NCBI GenBank assembly: GCA_965237955.1 | Contig: OZ250169.1 | Location: 1,152,001-1,216,000, forward strand | Direction of reading: 5' to 3' | DNA length: 64,000 bases | DNA from: Candidatus Marinacidobacterales bacterium | GTDB lineage: Bacteria > Acidobacteriota > Vicinamibacteria > Marinacidobacterales > SMYC01 | Shown: positions 63,071 to 64,000 of the stretch, one piece after another | Numbering within the stretch: the first letter of the stretch is position 1 | Layout of the letters: each line of letters starts with the position of its first letter | The notes under the pieces: generated by a model | The model's database searches: none | What the model was told of the DNA's origin: nothing | Seen by the model: the letters and a program-made list of their open reading frames with translations, nothing else | Position numbers and translations under genes: made by a program

Positions 63071-63844
63071 ATGAACATTTTCCCAACGTACACGGTCGGC
63101 GCCATTTATGCGGTTGGAATCGTGCAGCCTATGCTTATCTGGCTGGCGCTCTCACCCGCTGTATCCAGGTTGGGTTCGACACCCGTGTTCAAGAACCTCA
63201 CGCGCATCGGGCTTGCGTTGTTCTTTGCGGCCTGGTTCGGCCTCATCTACCTGCTCTGCCAGAGCGACACGTTGGCGCTGACAGAAGCGGGGGGTCGTGA
63301 ACGAGCGCTGGTCGCGCTCTTCACTCCTGCAGTCGTCGGCCTACTTCTGCTCGGCTCAGCCACCATCCGCAATATTCTAGACCAGATACCTCAGCATCAG
63401 CTCATCGCGATCCAAGGGCTGCGGTTGCTCGGCTTCGTCTTCTTGGTGTTCACCGATATGGGCTTCGTGTCACCCACGTTTGGCGTCACCGCCGGAATTG
63501 GCGATGTGCTCGTCGGAATATTTGCACTCTACGCCGCCTACTCGCTGTTGCGTGGCAGGCGGAGCGGACGATCAATCGCGATCGCTGCAAACGTCTTCGG
63601 CCTGCTGGACGCTTCGACGGCGCTCACGTTAGGCTTTTTTGTCGTGCCGGCCGACTCGGTCGCGCCTCATATTGCAAGGCACTTCATGTTCGTCCCGGCA
63701 TATCTTGTATCCATGTTCTTGGTCGCCCACATCTATTCGCTCCGGGGTCTCGTTCTCGGCGTCGGGGAAGCGCAACCCGCACGGATGCCAGGCGCCGCTG
63801 CGCACACGCCACAAGAGAGTCCCGAATCGAAGCAGAGCCCTTAG
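63071..63844 (+). CDS. Hypothetical polytopic membrane protein
   Basis: Seven hydrophobic segments; LIAIQGLRLLGFVFL, AGIGDVLVG, NVFGLLD, VPAYLV...H. Confidence 0.8.
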   Translation: MNIFPTYTVGAIYAVGIVQPMLIWLALSPAVSRLGSTPVFKNLTRIGLALFFAAWFGLIYLLCQSDTLALTEAGGRERALVALFTPAVVGLLLLGSATIRNILDQIPQHQLIAIQGLRLLGFVFLVFTDMGFVSPTFGVTAGIGDVLVGIFALYAAYSLLRGRRSGRSIAIAANVFGLLDASTALTLGFFVVPADSVAPHIARHFMFVPAYLVSMFLVAHIYSLRGLVLGVGEAQPARMPGAAAHTPQESPESKQSP

Positions 63845-64000
63845 GAAACGGGCACCTCCGGCGGTCGAGGGTTTTTCGAATGGTGATTTCGCCAGCTGAA
63901 GGCTCGTCCTAACTGAGCACGACGCGAATGTCGCAACTCAAGGACAAATATGAATCGCTTCGACCCCTGATCGTATGGCTGGGACTAACGGAGCTAGTGT

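Overview
GC-rich bacterial DNA, most likely Acidobacteriota. This is inferred from the kinase N-terminus GTRLGSYEILSSLGSGGMGEVY, the LNWFEEL kinase tail, PVC-type heme proteins and a small Lys-rich protein. The window is a heavily eroded mosaic. It holds IS630, IS1380, IS110, IS3, IS5/IS903, IS481 and IS91 elements or remnants, three MITE types, a tyrosine-integrase relic with a tRNA-Leu att scar, and many gene fragments fused end to end. The coherent modules are: (1) a K+ channel / J-domain / YbjN / PspA cluster next to a Tat amine oxidase; (2) a cysteine synthase / JAB protease / Ubl-E1-rhodanese operon; (3) a damaged five-gene MoxR-vWA-beta-propeller (bpX) ternary conflict system; (4) an ECF sigma operon; and (5) two paralogous Tat-exported class V PLP enzymes with a conserved promoter. 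The best candidates for new biology are a J-domain protein carrying a PspA-like N-terminal amphipathic helix inside the PspA operon, the MoxR ternary locus, and an IS110 element with a readable bridge-RNA region. No CRISPR array, rRNA or intact tRNA was seen. All family calls come from motif recognition, not database searches.
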